Shown: one piece after another, positions 21,202-31,952 of the stretch
Layout of the letters: each line of letters starts with the position of its first letter
Position numbering within the stretch: the stretch's first letter is position 1
Assembly (NCBI GenBank): GCA_042568575.1
Contig: JBHPIO010000004.1
Coordinates: 1-64,000 of the forward strand
Source of the DNA: Patescibacteria group bacterium
GTDB lineage: Bacteria; Patescibacteriota; Gracilibacteria; UBA1369; PNNO01
DNA length: 64,000 nucleotides
Reading direction: 5' to 3'
Made by a program: the position numbers and the translations under genes
The notes under the pieces: generated by a model
Seen by the model: the letters and a program-made list of their open reading frames with translations, nothing else
The model's database searches: none
Told to the model about the DNA's origin: nothing

Positions 21202-21600
21202 ATGAATGTTCCACACACTCCAACCCACTTCGAAATTCCTGTAGATGACATGGCAAGAGCTTCAAAATTCTACAAGGAACTTTTTGGATGGACAATCCAA
21301 GCAGCCGGTCCAAATTTTGAAGATTACCAGTTGATTTTTACTGTTCCTGTTGATGAATCAGGCATGCCTACAGCTCCTGGTATTAATGGCGGAATGATGA
21401 AAAGAACTGACCCAAGCCAACAGCCAATTAACTATATTAATATTGATAACATCGACGAATCCCAAGCAAAAGTTGAAGAACTTGGCGGGCAAATCTTAAT
21501 GCCAAAAATGCCTGTAAAAGGAATGGGGTGGAATGCTGTTGTTAAGGATACTGAGGGAAATACCTTTGGTTTATGGCAAGAAGATAAAACTGCTGCATGA
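21202..21600 (+). CDS. VOC/glyoxalase family protein
   Basis: HFEIP.DD..RA..FY..LFGW, GINGG, DTEGNTFGLWQ; start moved to MNVP. Confidence 0.88.
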   Translation: MNVPHTPTHFEIPVDDMARASKFYKELFGWTIQAAGPNFEDYQLIFTVPVDESGMPTAPGINGGMMKRTDPSQQPINYINIDNIDESQAKVEELGGQILMPKMPVKGMGWNAVVKDTEGNTFGLWQEDKTAA

Positions 21601-23081
21601 CAAATAATGACCCTGATCTAAAAAAAGAACTTAAAAAGAAAGAGCGCGAATTTCACGCGCTTAAGGATCGCTCTAAACGAAAATTAAAATCAGGCAAAGA
21701 AAAAATCCATCGCGAGAAAGATGAAAAACTGGAGGAATCAAACAAGAAAATGGAAGGATCTCTAAAAACAATGAGCAAGAAAGCTCTTGATATTTTTAAG
21801 AAAATTGAAAAACGCAAAACAAAGCTACAAAGAAAATTCGACAAAAAAGAAAAGGACGTTCTAGAAGATGCTCAAAAAGAAAACAAGGATATCAATAAAG
21901 AAGCTGCCAAGGCCGAAAAAGAGCTTAAGGAAATAACTCAAAAAGAAATAGAACACTCGCGTAAAAAACTCATCTCCATTAAGCGTCGCGTTTATTCAAG
22001 GCGCAGAAAGATAATAAATACGCTGCAATTCATTGGCGTAATTTATCTTTTCATGTTCTCGATAATAATAATGAAAGATGTAGCAATTGCTATGAGCAAC
22101 GGCGCAATTCAAACCATAACGTCTACTGTTGATAGTCCAGCAAGCGCGTTTGGTGCCGGATGGTTTTCCTCAATTATTGCACAATCTGCATCTGTTATCG
22201 CAATCCTTACAAACACTCTTGTAGGTGCAGACATCATAGATTTCAATACAGCTTTTTACATTCTTCTTGGACTAACTTTAGGAAATGCAGTTACGCCAAT
22301 TTTGGCTTCACTCGTAATAAAAACAAAACATCACTGGCATTTAAGGCACGGCTTTGAGCTTGGACTTGCTAATGTTGTGTATTCATTTTTTCTCATAATT
22401 ATTGTATTTCTTATTCAGGTTACAACAGGACTATTTACGACCGCAGGAGATAAAGTTGCAAAAGCAGCGGAAAATCTTCCAGCGTTTAGCGAGATTCCGG
22501 ATTTGCTGGCTGTAATAACTGATCCTGTTAAAAATTTACTACAATTTGACAAACTGCCTTTAATAGCGATTTTTGTTATAGGCGTGTTCCTTTTGATCTT
22601 CAGTTTAGGACGAGTCGGAAAAAGCATGTTCATATTTTTAGGAGGTAAAAGACACACCCGTGCGATTATGGAAAAGCACCTCAGAACTCATTGGAGAGCT
22701 TTTGCAATTGGTCTTGGGTTAACAATCGTCATTCCAAGTTCTTCGCTACTAGTTACATTAATGGTGCCACTAGCAATCGCCAGGGTAGTCACATTGAGGC
22801 AAGCCATTCCTTACATGATTGGAACAAGTGTCGGAACTTTTATCGACGTACTGCTTGCATCGTTCGCAAACGCGGAAGGGTATGCAATTGCCGGCGGAGT
22901 TGTGCTAACTCTTATGTCTGCATTTGGAATTATATTTCTCTTTGGAAATTTCGGATCAACGCTTATTTATAAAATCACAAGATACCTTTCCTTTCATGTG
23001 ATCAAAATGAGAAAGCGCAATATCCTCAAGTACATAGCAGGATTTGTGGTTATTCCGGCAATTATTATGCTGATTTTCTAG
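21597..23081 (+). CDS. Na/Pi cotransporter-like membrane protein with a charged N-terminal coiled coil
   Basis: QSASV and PSSS repeats, GLTLGN, MIGTSVGT motifs; many TMs. Confidence 0.65.
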   Translation: MTNNDPDLKKELKKKEREFHALKDRSKRKLKSGKEKIHREKDEKLEESNKKMEGSLKTMSKKALDIFKKIEKRKTKLQRKFDKKEKDVLEDAQKENKDINKEAAKAEKELKEITQKEIEHSRKKLISIKRRVYSRRRKIINTLQFIGVIYLFMFSIIIMKDVAIAMSNGAIQTITSTVDSPASAFGAGWFSSIIAQSASVIAILTNTLVGADIIDFNTAFYILLGLTLGNAVTPILASLVIKTKHHWHLRHGFELGLANVVYSFFLIIIVFLIQVTTGLFTTAGDKVAKAAENLPAFSEIPDLLAVITDPVKNLLQFDKLPLIAIFVIGVFLLIFSLGRVGKSMFIFLGGKRHTRAIMEKHLRTHWRAFAIGLGLTIVIPSSSLLVTLMVPLAIARVVTLRQAIPYMIGTSVGTFIDVLLASFANAEGYAIAGGVVLTLMSAFGIIFLFGNFGSTLIYKITRYLSFHVIKMRKRNILKYIAGFVVIPAIIMLIF

Positions 23082-23139
23082 CATTGAGGTTTTCCTCATA
23101 TTCTGCAATAATAGCTTCGATAAATTTAGCCACCTTTTT

Positions 23140-23319
23140 ATGGAAACACCTAAAGTTGGACAACGTTGGTACAAAAGAAATGACAGAAGTGATTATATAG
23201 ATATTAAATCAATTAGCGGAAGTATGGCCACGGGGTTTGATAAAGTTGGAAAAGACTATGGTAGAGGACGCCCGATGCCTATCTCAAAATTACAGAAAGA
23301 ATATACTCCTTATAAATAA
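23140..23319 (+). CDS. 59-aa hypothetical protein coupled to carB
   Basis: METPKVGQRWYKRND...YTPYK*; its TAA overlaps the carB ATG (TAATG). Absent from the ORF track. Confidence 0.6.
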   Translation: METPKVGQRWYKRNDRSDYIDIKSISGSMATGFDKVGKDYGRGRPMPISKLQKEYTPYK

Positions 23320-26300
23320 TGCCAAAAACTACTCCTGCTAAAAAGATAAAGAAAGTTCTTGTTCTCGGATCTGGTGCACTAAAGATCGGGGAAGCTGGAG
23401 AGTTTGACTATTCAGGATCACAAGCAATTAAAGCTCTTAAAGAAGAAAAGATTAAGAGTGTTTTGGTTAATCCGAATATCGCGACCAATCAAACAAGTAA
23501 AGAGCTAGCTGATAAGATTTATTTCCTTCCTGTTAATGCATATTTTGTTGAAGAAGTAATTAAGAAAGAAAAGCCTGATAGCATTTTTCTAGCATTTGGA
23601 GGACAAACTGCCCTTAATTGCGGAGTCGAACTTTTTGAAAAAGGAATCCTAAAAAAATACAACGTTCGCGTTTTAGGAACACCTGTTGAGACAATTCAAA
23701 ATACAGAAGATAGAGCACTATTTAATAAAGAGCTCGCAAAAATAAAAGTTAAAGCTCCAACAAGTTATGCTTGCGTAACTGTAGAAAGCGCAATGAAGGC
23801 GGCTGACAAAATTGGTTATCCTGTAATTATAAGAGCTGCATTTGCACTTGGAGGCAAAGGTTCGGGATTTGCACACAGCAAAAGAGAGCTTAGAGAAATG
23901 CTTCACAACGCGTTTGCATACAGTCCACAGGTTCTTGTTGAAGAAAACTTAAAAGGTTGGAAGGAAGTTGAATATGAAGTTGTGCGTGATGCGCAAGACA
24001 ACTGCATCACAGTTTGTAATATGGAAAATTTTGATCCACTTGGAATTCATACCGGAGAAAGTATTGTTATCGCGCCTTCTCAAACACTTACAAATAGTGA
24101 ATATCACAAATTAAGAGAGCTTTCTACAAAGACAATCCGGCATCTTGGAATCATAGGAGAATGTAATATCCAGTTCGCACTCGATCCTCATTCCGAAGAT
24201 TATCGTGTGATTGAAGTTAATGCGAGACTATCACGCTCGTCTGCTTTGGCTTCAAAAGCCACTGGTTATCCTTTGGCTCATGTAGCAGCGAAACTCGCGC
24301 TCGGCTACTCGCTTCCTGAGCTTAAAAATGCAATCACAAAAACTACTACCGCATGCTTTGAGCCTGCGCTTGATTATCTTGCTCTTAAAATCCCTCGTTG
24401 GGATCTCGAAAAATTTCAGCGTGTTTCTCACGAGATTACAAGTGAAATGAAATCGGTAGGTGAAATTATGGCTCTTGGAAGAACTTTCGAAGAAGTTATC
24501 CAAAAGGGCTTACGTATGCTGCAAATTGGACTTCACGGATTCACAGCAAATAAGAAAATTGCTTTTAAAACGAAGAATTTAGCTAAAGAAATTTCTGTGC
24601 CAACTCCTAAAAGGATTCTTGCAATTACTCAGGCACTTCAAAAAGGATGGAGCGTTAAAAAGATTAATAAGCTTTCGGGTATCGATGAATGGTTCCTTGA
24701 AAAACTTAAGAATATTATTACAACTGAGAAGAAATTGGCAAAGAGTAAAACAATCAAGCCAGAGTTGCTTTTGCAATCAAAAAAGTATGGATTTTCTGAT
24801 AAGCAGATTTCCAACATTACAAAGAACACCGAGGCGCAAGTACGAGCGCTACGTAAAAAGCATGACATCGTTCCTGTTATCAAACAAATTGACACGATGG
24901 CTGCGGAATATCCAGCGAACACCAATTATTTGTATCTTACATATCACGGAAAACAAGACGATGTGAAATTTTCTCGCAAGAAAAAGATTATCGTGCTTGG
25001 ATCAGGTTCTTACAGCATCGGTTCTTCTGTTGAATTTGATTGGTGCTGTGTTACTGCGCTTAAAACCGTTGGGAAAGAAGGCTACGAAACCATCATGATT
25101 AACTACAATCCAGAAACTGTTTCCACCGATTACGATATTTCGGATAAGCTTTATTTTGATGAACTTTCCGTTGAACGTGTTCTTGATATTTACGAAAAAG
25201 AAAAACCTTATGGTGTTATTTTGTCTACAGGAGGCCAAATTCCAAATAATATTGCGACTAAATTAAAGGCAGCTGGTGTGAGAATCCTTGGTACGGATCC
25301 TAAAAATATTGATCGCGCAGAAAACCGTCACAAATTTTCTGCAATGCTCGACAAACTTAAAGTTGATCAACCAAAGTGGAAAGAGCTTTCAAAGCTCAAC
25401 CAGGCCCTACAATTTGCAAAGAGAGTTGAGTATCCAGTTTTGGTTAGGCCTTCATATGTTTTATCTGGTGCTGCAATGCGTGTTGCTCATAACGAGGATC
25501 TGCTTGTTGATTTTCTTGCACATGCTACCCAGGTTTCGCCTGAAGCGCCTGTGGTGATTAGTAAATTCGAAAAAGGAGCAAAGGAAATTGAGATTGATGC
25601 TGTGGCGCACAAAGGAAAACTTATCATTTATGCTATTGCGGAACACATTGAAAATGCAGGTGTTCACAGTGGAGATGCAACTATTGTTTTACCGCCTCAA
25701 AAGCTATATATAGAAACAATTAGGCGGATTAAGACTATTACTAAGGAAATTGCGAGCGAGCTAAATATTTCTGGACCTTTTAATATTCAGTTTTTGGCAA
25801 GGGCGAATGAGATTAAGGTGATTGAGTGTAATTTGCGAGCGAGCAGATCGTTCCCATTCTCATCAAAGGTTACGGGTTATAACTTTATTGAAATTGCAAC
25901 CAAGGCAATGATTAATAAATCAAATGATCCGATGCTAACCAGCCAAGAATATAACACTTTAGACTTAGATTACGTAGGTGTTAAAGCTCCACAATTCTCA
26001 TTCTCACGCCTCAAAGGAGCAGACCCTGTCCTAGGCGTAGAAATGGCTTCAACTGGAGAAGTGGCCTGTTTCGGAGATGATCTTCACGAAGCATTCCTAA
26101 AATCAATGATGTCCGTTGGCCTCACGCTTCCAAAGAAAAATATTCTTCTTACAATCGGACGAATCGAAGATAAAGCAGACTTCTTAAATGCCGCACGACT
26201 TCTTCATCAAATGGGATACAACCTTTTTGCAACTGAAGGTACATCAGACTTCCTTAAAGAAAGTGGCATCAAGAATTCTAAAATCTACAAAGTCAGCAGT

Positions 26301-26540
26301 GGAAAATCTCCAAACATTCTTGATTATATTTCAGAGAAAAAAGTGGATCTTGTCATTGATATCCCAAAAAATTACACACGGCAGGAAATTACAGACGGCT
26401 ACATGATAAGGCGTAAAGCCATCGACATGAACATCCCGTTAATTACAAACGTTCAAGTAGCGCGCCTTTTAGTTGGCGCACTCAAACGCTATAAACTTGA
26501 AGATCTGCAGATTAAGAGCTGGGGTGAATATGTGAATTAA
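23319..26540 (+). CDS. carB: carbamoyl-phosphate synthase large subunit
   Basis: GEAGEFDYSG, NPNIAT, IEVNARLSRSSALASKATGYP, NPETVSTDYD, two ATP-grasp domains plus MGS domain. Confidence 0.97.
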   Translation: MPKTTPAKKIKKVLVLGSGALKIGEAGEFDYSGSQAIKALKEEKIKSVLVNPNIATNQTSKELADKIYFLPVNAYFVEEVIKKEKPDSIFLAFGGQTALNCGVELFEKGILKKYNVRVLGTPVETIQNTEDRALFNKELAKIKVKAPTSYACVTVESAMKAADKIGYPVIIRAAFALGGKGSGFAHSKRELREMLHNAFAYSPQVLVEENLKGWKEVEYEVVRDAQDNCITVCNMENFDPLGIHTGESIVIAPSQTLTNSEYHKLRELSTKTIRHLGIIGECNIQFALDPHSEDYRVIEVNARLSRSSALASKATGYPLAHVAAKLALGYSLPELKNAITKTTTACFEPALDYLALKIPRWDLEKFQRVSHEITSEMKSVGEIMALGRTFEEVIQKGLRMLQIGLHGFTANKKIAFKTKNLAKEISVPTPKRILAITQALQKGWSVKKINKLSGIDEWFLEKLKNIITTEKKLAKSKTIKPELLLQSKKYGFSDKQISNITKNTEAQVRALRKKHDIVPVIKQIDTMAAEYPANTNYLYLTYHGKQDDVKFSRKKKIIVLGSGSYSIGSSVEFDWCCVTALKTVGKEGYETIMINYNPETVSTDYDISDKLYFDELSVERVLDIYEKEKPYGVILSTGGQIPNNIATKLKAAGVRILGTDPKNIDRAENRHKFSAMLDKLKVDQPKWKELSKLNQALQFAKRVEYPVLVRPSYVLSGAAMRVAHNEDLLVDFLAHATQVSPEAPVVISKFEKGAKEIEIDAVAHKGKLIIYAIAEHIENAGVHSGDATIVLPPQKLYIETIRRIKTITKEIASELNISGPFNIQFLARANEIKVIECNLRASRSFPFSSKVTGYNFIEIATKAMINKSNDPMLTSQEYNTLDLDYVGVKAPQFSFSRLKGADPVLGVEMASTGEVACFGDDLHEAFLKSMMSVGLTLPKKNILLTIGRIEDKADFLNAARLLHQMGYNLFATEGTSDFLKESGIKNSKIYKVSSGKSPNILDYISEKKVDLVIDIPKNYTRQEITDGYMIRRKAIDMNIPLITNVQVARLLVGALKRYKLEDLQIKSWGEYVN

Positions 26541-27451
26541 CCCTCAGAGCGTAATTTGTGCATTATTTGGATTGTAGCCATAACACCATCGCCTCCAGAA
26601 GCTGCGACCTGTTTTACGGATCCCTGCCTTATATCTCCCGCAGCATAAATACGCGGATTCGAGGATTTCATAAAGTTATCAACAATTACCTCTCCCTTTT
26701 CAAGATCTACCTGTCCTTCAAGTACTTTTGAATTTGGAAGATATCCAATAAACACAAATACTCCATCTATTGGCATTTCATGTTCTTTGTCCTCTTTATT
26801 GTCATATAAAAGAACTCTATCAACTTTATCGTTACCACGAACCTCTTTCACTTCATTGTTCATTAAAAACTCGATTTTGTCGTTGTTTTTAGCCAATTCT
26901 ATAAGATATGGCTCTGCCCGAAATTCGTCTTTTCTGTGTACAATTGTCACTTTTTTAGCAAATTTTGTAAGAGCAATTCCTTCATCAAGCGCTGAATCTC
27001 CACCACCTACAATTATGCAATCTTTGTCTTTGAAAAATGCTCCATCGCAAGTTGCACAGTACGAAACACCTTTCCCCCTAAATTTATCTTCGCCTGGAAC
27101 TCCTAGTTTTCTAGGATTAGAACCTACCGCCGCAAGAAGATATTTAGTTTTATAAACATTATTTTTTGTAGTAATCTCCACATGATCATCGTGAACTTTA
27201 ATATTTTCTGCTCCTTCATATTGCATGTTTAAACCAAACTTCTGTGCATGCTGCATGAATTTCTGCGCAAGCTCAAAACCTTCAATATGCTCATATCCTG
27301 GATAGTTTTCAATATTGTCAGTTAAAAGAAGTTGCCCTCCAGGTGCATCTTTTTCAAGCAACATCACGTTTATATCTCCGCGAGATGCATAGATTCCAGC
27401 ACTTAGTCCGGCTGCTCCACCTCCTAAAATAATCATATCGTACATGTCCAT
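26537..27451 (-). CDS. trxB: thioredoxin reductase
   Basis: GGGAAGL, IENYPG, SYCATCDG, GGGDSA, AAGD; start moved to MDMY. Confidence 0.93.
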   Translation of the reverse strand: MDMYDMIILGGGAAGLSAGIYASRGDINVMLLEKDAPGGQLLLTDNIENYPGYEHIEGFELAQKFMQHAQKFGLNMQYEGAENIKVHDDHVEITTKNNVYKTKYLLAAVGSNPRKLGVPGEDKFRGKGVSYCATCDGAFFKDKDCIIVGGGDSALDEGIALTKFAKKVTIVHRKDEFRAEPYLIELAKNNDKIEFLMNNEVKEVRGNDKVDRVLLYDNKEDKEHEMPIDGVFVFIGYLPNSKVLEGQVDLEKGEVIVDNFMKSSNPRIYAAGDIRQGSVKQVAASGGDGVMATIQIMHKLRSEG

Positions 27452-27636
27452 ATTTCTGTTGTTAAATTGCAAATGACATTCTAGCAAAATTAATACTGCA
27501 AAGAAACACATAAATTCGCCTATACATTGACTATACAAATGACTAGCCGACGAGTACCCGCCTGACTACCCTGGACAACTTTTTTGATCTTTTGATTTGG
27601 CTTGATTTAGGGAAAACAATATGAGAATATAATAAT

Positions 27637-28797
27637 ATGGATGAACTAATATTTCAGCTCAGCATTATCGTTATTGCAACAGCAGTACTCAGTATTATTC
27701 TGGAGTTGTCGAGGCAACCACTTCTTATAGCTTTTATATTTTCGGGATTGATTATCGGTCCTCAAGGACTTGGGCTTATTACGAATAATCTCTTCTTTGA
27801 GGCAATCGGGCAGGTGGGTATCATTCTACTTCTATACTTAATAGGGCTGGAATTAAAAGCAAAAATATTTTCAGGCACTTTTGGAAAAGGCACATTAATA
27901 ACGTTAGTTGCGAGCATGGCCATATTCGTATCCGGGCTTATCATAGGCTTTTTAACACAAGTTGGTATTACTGAAACTTTCTATCTGGCTATTGTACTGG
28001 TATTTAGTAGTACGGTAGTTGTGATGAAACTCTTAAACGAAGAGAAGAATCCAAATCCTTACGTAAGACAATATTGTATTGCTGCCCTAATAACTCAGGA
28101 CGTTTTGGCAATCATGATGTTACTTTTCATCTCAAGTTCGCGTGAAGTTGGATATCTTGGAATGTTTGAAGCAGTTAAATTCTTACTCGAAGGCGCATTT
28201 GTATTTTTGCTAGCATTTGTTTTACAGCGATATGTTCTAAAACATATCGCACGAAAAATATTCCACAAACCGGATATCATGTTTCTTTTGGGACTTGCGT
28301 GGTGCTTCTTGTTTGCTGAAATAGCTGAGTTCTTTAATTTCTCAAGAGAGATCGGCGCGTTTATCGCAGGAATTTCATTAACATTCCTCCCAGCCTACAA
28401 ACTAAGAATTATTGTTAAAAAATCAGAAACAATAAGGGATTTCTTTATGATCCTGTTCTTTTTTGTATTAGGTGCAAAAGTGGAATTTCAAAACCTCCAG
28501 CCTTATTCCGCACTCATAATAATCGGACTTATTTTTGTAATATTCATAAAACCTTTAATCTTCAAGTATGCCTTCAAATTATTCAAAGCGGTACCAAATG
28601 AGAGTGTGGAAATCAGTGTAAGACTAGGGCAATTAAGCGAATTTTCTGTTATCGCTATTTTGCTTGGGGCAAGTGTCGGCCACATCTCGGGAGACTTCGC
28701 CATGGCAGTTGAAGTAATTATGTTCCTTTCAATAATAGTATCAACGTACTTTGTTAAATACATTCCTTTCTATAAATTTGGCAAAGAAAAAGATTAG
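27637..28797 (+). CDS. cation:proton antiporter (CPA2/KefB-like membrane domain)
   Basis: GLIIGP, IGLEL, SSTVVV, ITQD, GAFIAG, GQLSEFS. Confidence 0.88.
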   Translation: MDELIFQLSIIVIATAVLSIILELSRQPLLIAFIFSGLIIGPQGLGLITNNLFFEAIGQVGIILLLYLIGLELKAKIFSGTFGKGTLITLVASMAIFVSGLIIGFLTQVGITETFYLAIVLVFSSTVVVMKLLNEEKNPNPYVRQYCIAALITQDVLAIMMLLFISSSREVGYLGMFEAVKFLLEGAFVFLLAFVLQRYVLKHIARKIFHKPDIMFLLGLAWCFLFAEIAEFFNFSREIGAFIAGISLTFLPAYKLRIIVKKSETIRDFFMILFFFVLGAKVEFQNLQPYSALIIIGLIFVIFIKPLIFKYAFKLFKAVPNESVEISVRLGQLSEFSVIAILLGASVGHISGDFAMAVEVIMFLSIIVSTYFVKYIPFYKFGKEKD

Positions 28798-28800
28798 AGT

Positions 28801-29637
28801 CTAACGGTAAGTTTTCACAGAAGGGCACTCTTTCGGGATCTTTTTGAATAAGTACTTTTTGAAATAAACCCACGAATCTTTAATGTGGATTCTCATTGTT
28901 TTTTTGCGAAATACATCCATAACCCCGCCTTCGGATAACCGTGCTTCATTATGCAAAGCTTTCGCTTCTCCAACAAAATGAACTTCGTATCCCTTTTCCC
29001 ATGCATCACGGCAAATTACAACGTCAGACATAAACAAAAAATAATCCTCTGAGTTTGGGCCCGCCTCATCCCAGCATTTTCTTGTAACAACCTGAAATGC
29101 ACCAGTAAACCAATCAACAGGTTCGTTCTTTTCTGCATCTTTATCCCACATTAAATATCTGCCCATCCTTCTCTTCATCATTTTTCTTAAAAAAGGAATT
29201 CGCTTCACAATCAAATCAAATGGTCTTGGGAAAACCCGATAATTATCCTGAACTTTCCCGCTTGGATAAATTAGTCGAGGCGCAACCACTCCAACTTTCG
29301 GATGATTTTTAAAATAACTTAAAAGCTTCGTAAACGTATCTTCATCAATCACAATATCTGGATTTACCATCGCTATATATTCTGCATCGGTCTTTTCGAT
29401 TCCGAAGTTATTTCCCTGAGGAAAGCCTTTATTCGGTATATCAAAAAATCTTACATTTAATCCGTTGCGGCAAGATTCTGGAATTTGCCCATTCCCATTT
29501 TTCTCCCCATTATCAACAACAACAATTTCCGTTCGTTCTGGGAGCTCAGCTTTTTGAAGTGCTTCAAGGTTCTCCGTAACTTCTTTCGGAGTGTTATGAT
29601 GAAGGATAACTATTGCAAGTTCATTCTTTGGCAACAA
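28801..29637 (-). CDS. glycosyltransferase family 2 (rhamnosyltransferase-like)
   Basis: VVDN, NKGF..GNN.G, VNPD, VDWFTGA. Confidence 0.85.
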   Translation of the reverse strand: MLPKNELAIVILHHNTPKEVTENLEALQKAELPERTEIVVVDNGEKNGNGQIPESCRNGLNVRFFDIPNKGFPQGNNFGIEKTDAEYIAMVNPDIVIDEDTFTKLLSYFKNHPKVGVVAPRLIYPSGKVQDNYRVFPRPFDLIVKRIPFLRKMMKRRMGRYLMWDKDAEKNEPVDWFTGAFQVVTRKCWDEAGPNSEDYFLFMSDVVICRDAWEKGYEVHFVGEAKALHNEARLSEGGVMDVFRKKTMRIHIKDSWVYFKKYLFKKIPKECPSVKTYR

Positions 29638-29643
29638 GTGGCT

Positions 29644-30597
29644 TTAGGTTAAGAAATACGATTCCATTTCTTTGGGTGTGATTTTCATTTCGGGCTTTTC
29701 AAGATTTTTCATTTTTCTAACTTTAAAATACTCTCCCGCAACCTCAGGTTTTGTAAGACGATAATAAAGGAATTTCGCCATTTCGTATACAAACACCGAG
29801 ACTTTTGTCTTAAGCGAATATTTTTTACTAAAATTATTTCGAAGCAGAATTCTGTGATTTTTATAACTCATCGTTGCTTCAAACAAGGATTTCTTTTTCC
29901 CTTTCCCAAGCGTCCTCGCATGATAGCCTAGTACATTTTTCAAAAAAGAAATTTTCATTCCTTGCCACCTCATTCGATATGCAAGATCAACATCTTCCTT
30001 ATACATAAAAATATTTTCATCAAAAATCGTATGCTGTGAACCATGAAGTTTAAAAATGCATGAACGCCTTATAAAAAAAGCTGCACCCGAAACTCCAAAA
30101 ACATCATTAATTGTCGCATCATACTGACCTTTATCCTTCTTCCCTTGCCCACGATCCCAAAAATGATGAGCCTTGCTTCCAACAACACCTAAAGTATCAA
30201 TGATGTCGGTTTTTTTGTCGTTCTCAAAATCCCAATGATGCAATTTTGCAGCCACAACACAGGTTTCTTCGTCCTCATCAAGATGTTTCACGCAAGCTTC
30301 AAACCCTTCTTTTTCAATCAAGATGTCATTATTAACGCAAAAATAATAATCAGAAGCCGGAGACATTTCAACGATATAATTATGACCTTTCCCAAATCCG
30401 GTATTTCCATCTTTATGCCTTATAAAGTCGATTTGAGGATATTCTTTTTCGATAAACTTTTTGATCTCGTCATTGCCAGCATTATCAAGAATAACAATAT
30501 GGGTATTTTCAAAATCAACAATCGTTGGCAGCATCTTTTCCAGATAATGCTTATCGTTAAATGAAATAATTCCAATAACTGTTTTTACTTTCTCCAC
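29644..30597 (-). CDS. glycosyltransferase family 2
   Basis: NTGFGKGHN, VNND, VSGAA, FMYKEDVDLAYR. Confidence 0.85.
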   Translation of the reverse strand: MEKVKTVIGIISFNDKHYLEKMLPTIVDFENTHIVILDNAGNDEIKKFIEKEYPQIDFIRHKDGNTGFGKGHNYIVEMSPASDYYFCVNNDILIEKEGFEACVKHLDEDEETCVVAAKLHHWDFENDKKTDIIDTLGVVGSKAHHFWDRGQGKKDKGQYDATINDVFGVSGAAFFIRRSCIFKLHGSQHTIFDENIFMYKEDVDLAYRMRWQGMKISFLKNVLGYHARTLGKGKKKSLFEATMSYKNHRILLRNNFSKKYSLKTKVSVFVYEMAKFLYYRLTKPEVAGEYFKVRKMKNLEKPEMKITPKEMESYFLT

Positions 30598-30669
30598 ACT
30601 AAAAAGGTTAGGCGGCTTGTACTATACCACCTTCAAAAACGTTTGACTATAGATCGTCAAGTCGTTTTT

Positions 30670-31878
30670 TTATGCGAACCTGTCCTTGATTTTTTTAGCC
30701 ATTCTTCTTCTTTCGGCTTTACCAGTTATATGTATTCCATCGTTTGATTTGCTTTTCGGCAAAGTAACCGTTCGTGCATTTCCAAAGTTTATATGCCTTT
30801 TTTGAGCCATAATCCAATGATTAACATTTAACCAACGAGTATAACAAGCTTGCTCTGCAGCTTTATAATAGGCGATCGGATCATTGTTGTATCTTCTTTT
30901 GTACACTCTTGGAACCTTCTTCCAATATTTCGTCCTCCAATATGCAGCTTTTAGCCCGCTTAATCTGCGACGTTTTTCCCTATATTTTCTTGCAACATAT
31001 CCACCCAACGGAGGTATGGTACACAAATGAAGTCTGATTCCTTTTGCTTCAAGAAGTTTGCGTATTTCTTTATATTTTTTAACAGTCGGATCTTGCTCGA
31101 CAGATCTTCTCACATAGGCCAGAGATGCAGTAGTCGACATATCGTTTGTTCCTATCATCAAGACAACATCAGTCACACCCTTCTCTATAAACTTTTTTAT
31201 ATTTTCTTTTACCCTATTTTTTGCCCATAGGGACCCCTTCCCACCTCCGACTATTTTTAATGTTGGCCTTTTGTTGATTGTATTTAGATGCCCTCCCACA
31301 AACCATTTTCCTCCATTTGAATCTGCTATATAGGCAACACGTTTTGCTTTCCCTTTTATTTCAGGATGTCTTTTTTGAGTTTTTGGTAATTTTGCAACCG
31401 GCGGCACAACAACAGGAGCCTTTTTAACTAGTGGTTTTTTCACCGGAGCTGGTGGCAAACCGCTCTTTTTAGCAAATTTCTTTCTTTTATCTTTTTGATA
31501 TTCGGGGAAAATTGCCTTAAGCTCCTTTCCTTTCTTGTGCTGAAGTAAATATTGAAGTGTATATGGTCCTAATTTTCCATCTTTATATTCTGCGTATCCA
31601 TATGGCTCTGAGCGACTACCTTTTGGAATATCTGGAAATCCTAATATGTTCTGGATGCTGATTACATTCACCAATCTATCTTTAGAAGGCTTTATACCTA
31701 GCGCCTTACACGCTTTCACGAGAAAAGCATCTGGCTTAATAGAAGAAGGAAGTTTTTCTGTAAGAAAACTCTGAGTATATGAGTTGCGCGATTCTTTTGT
31801 TTCAGAAAGATCACGAATATACCGCGCTTCCGCAGCTCCTTTTAATGTCTGTTTTTTCATTACCTCAAAACGGTTCAT
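30670..31878 (-). CDS. SGNH/GDSL hydrolase with putative peptidoglycan-binding motif
   Basis: DGKLGPYT motif, Pro/Lys linker, blocks YIADS, MIGTND, DGIH. Confidence 0.6.
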   Translation of the reverse strand: MNRFEVMKKQTLKGAAEARYIRDLSETKESRNSYTQSFLTEKLPSSIKPDAFLVKACKALGIKPSKDRLVNVISIQNILGFPDIPKGSRSEPYGYAEYKDGKLGPYTLQYLLQHKKGKELKAIFPEYQKDKRKKFAKKSGLPPAPVKKPLVKKAPVVVPPVAKLPKTQKRHPEIKGKAKRVAYIADSNGGKWFVGGHLNTINKRPTLKIVGGGKGSLWAKNRVKENIKKFIEKGVTDVVLMIGTNDMSTTASLAYVRRSVEQDPTVKKYKEIRKLLEAKGIRLHLCTIPPLGGYVARKYREKRRRLSGLKAAYWRTKYWKKVPRVYKRRYNNDPIAYYKAAEQACYTRWLNVNHWIMAQKRHINFGNARTVTLPKSKSNDGIHITGKAERRRMAKKIKDRFA

Positions 31879-31952
31879 TTTTTTGTTTTAATTTTTCTTA
31901 CTATTTTAGCATAAAAAAGCCATTTTTTCAACAGCCAGAGCGCAATTTTTAT

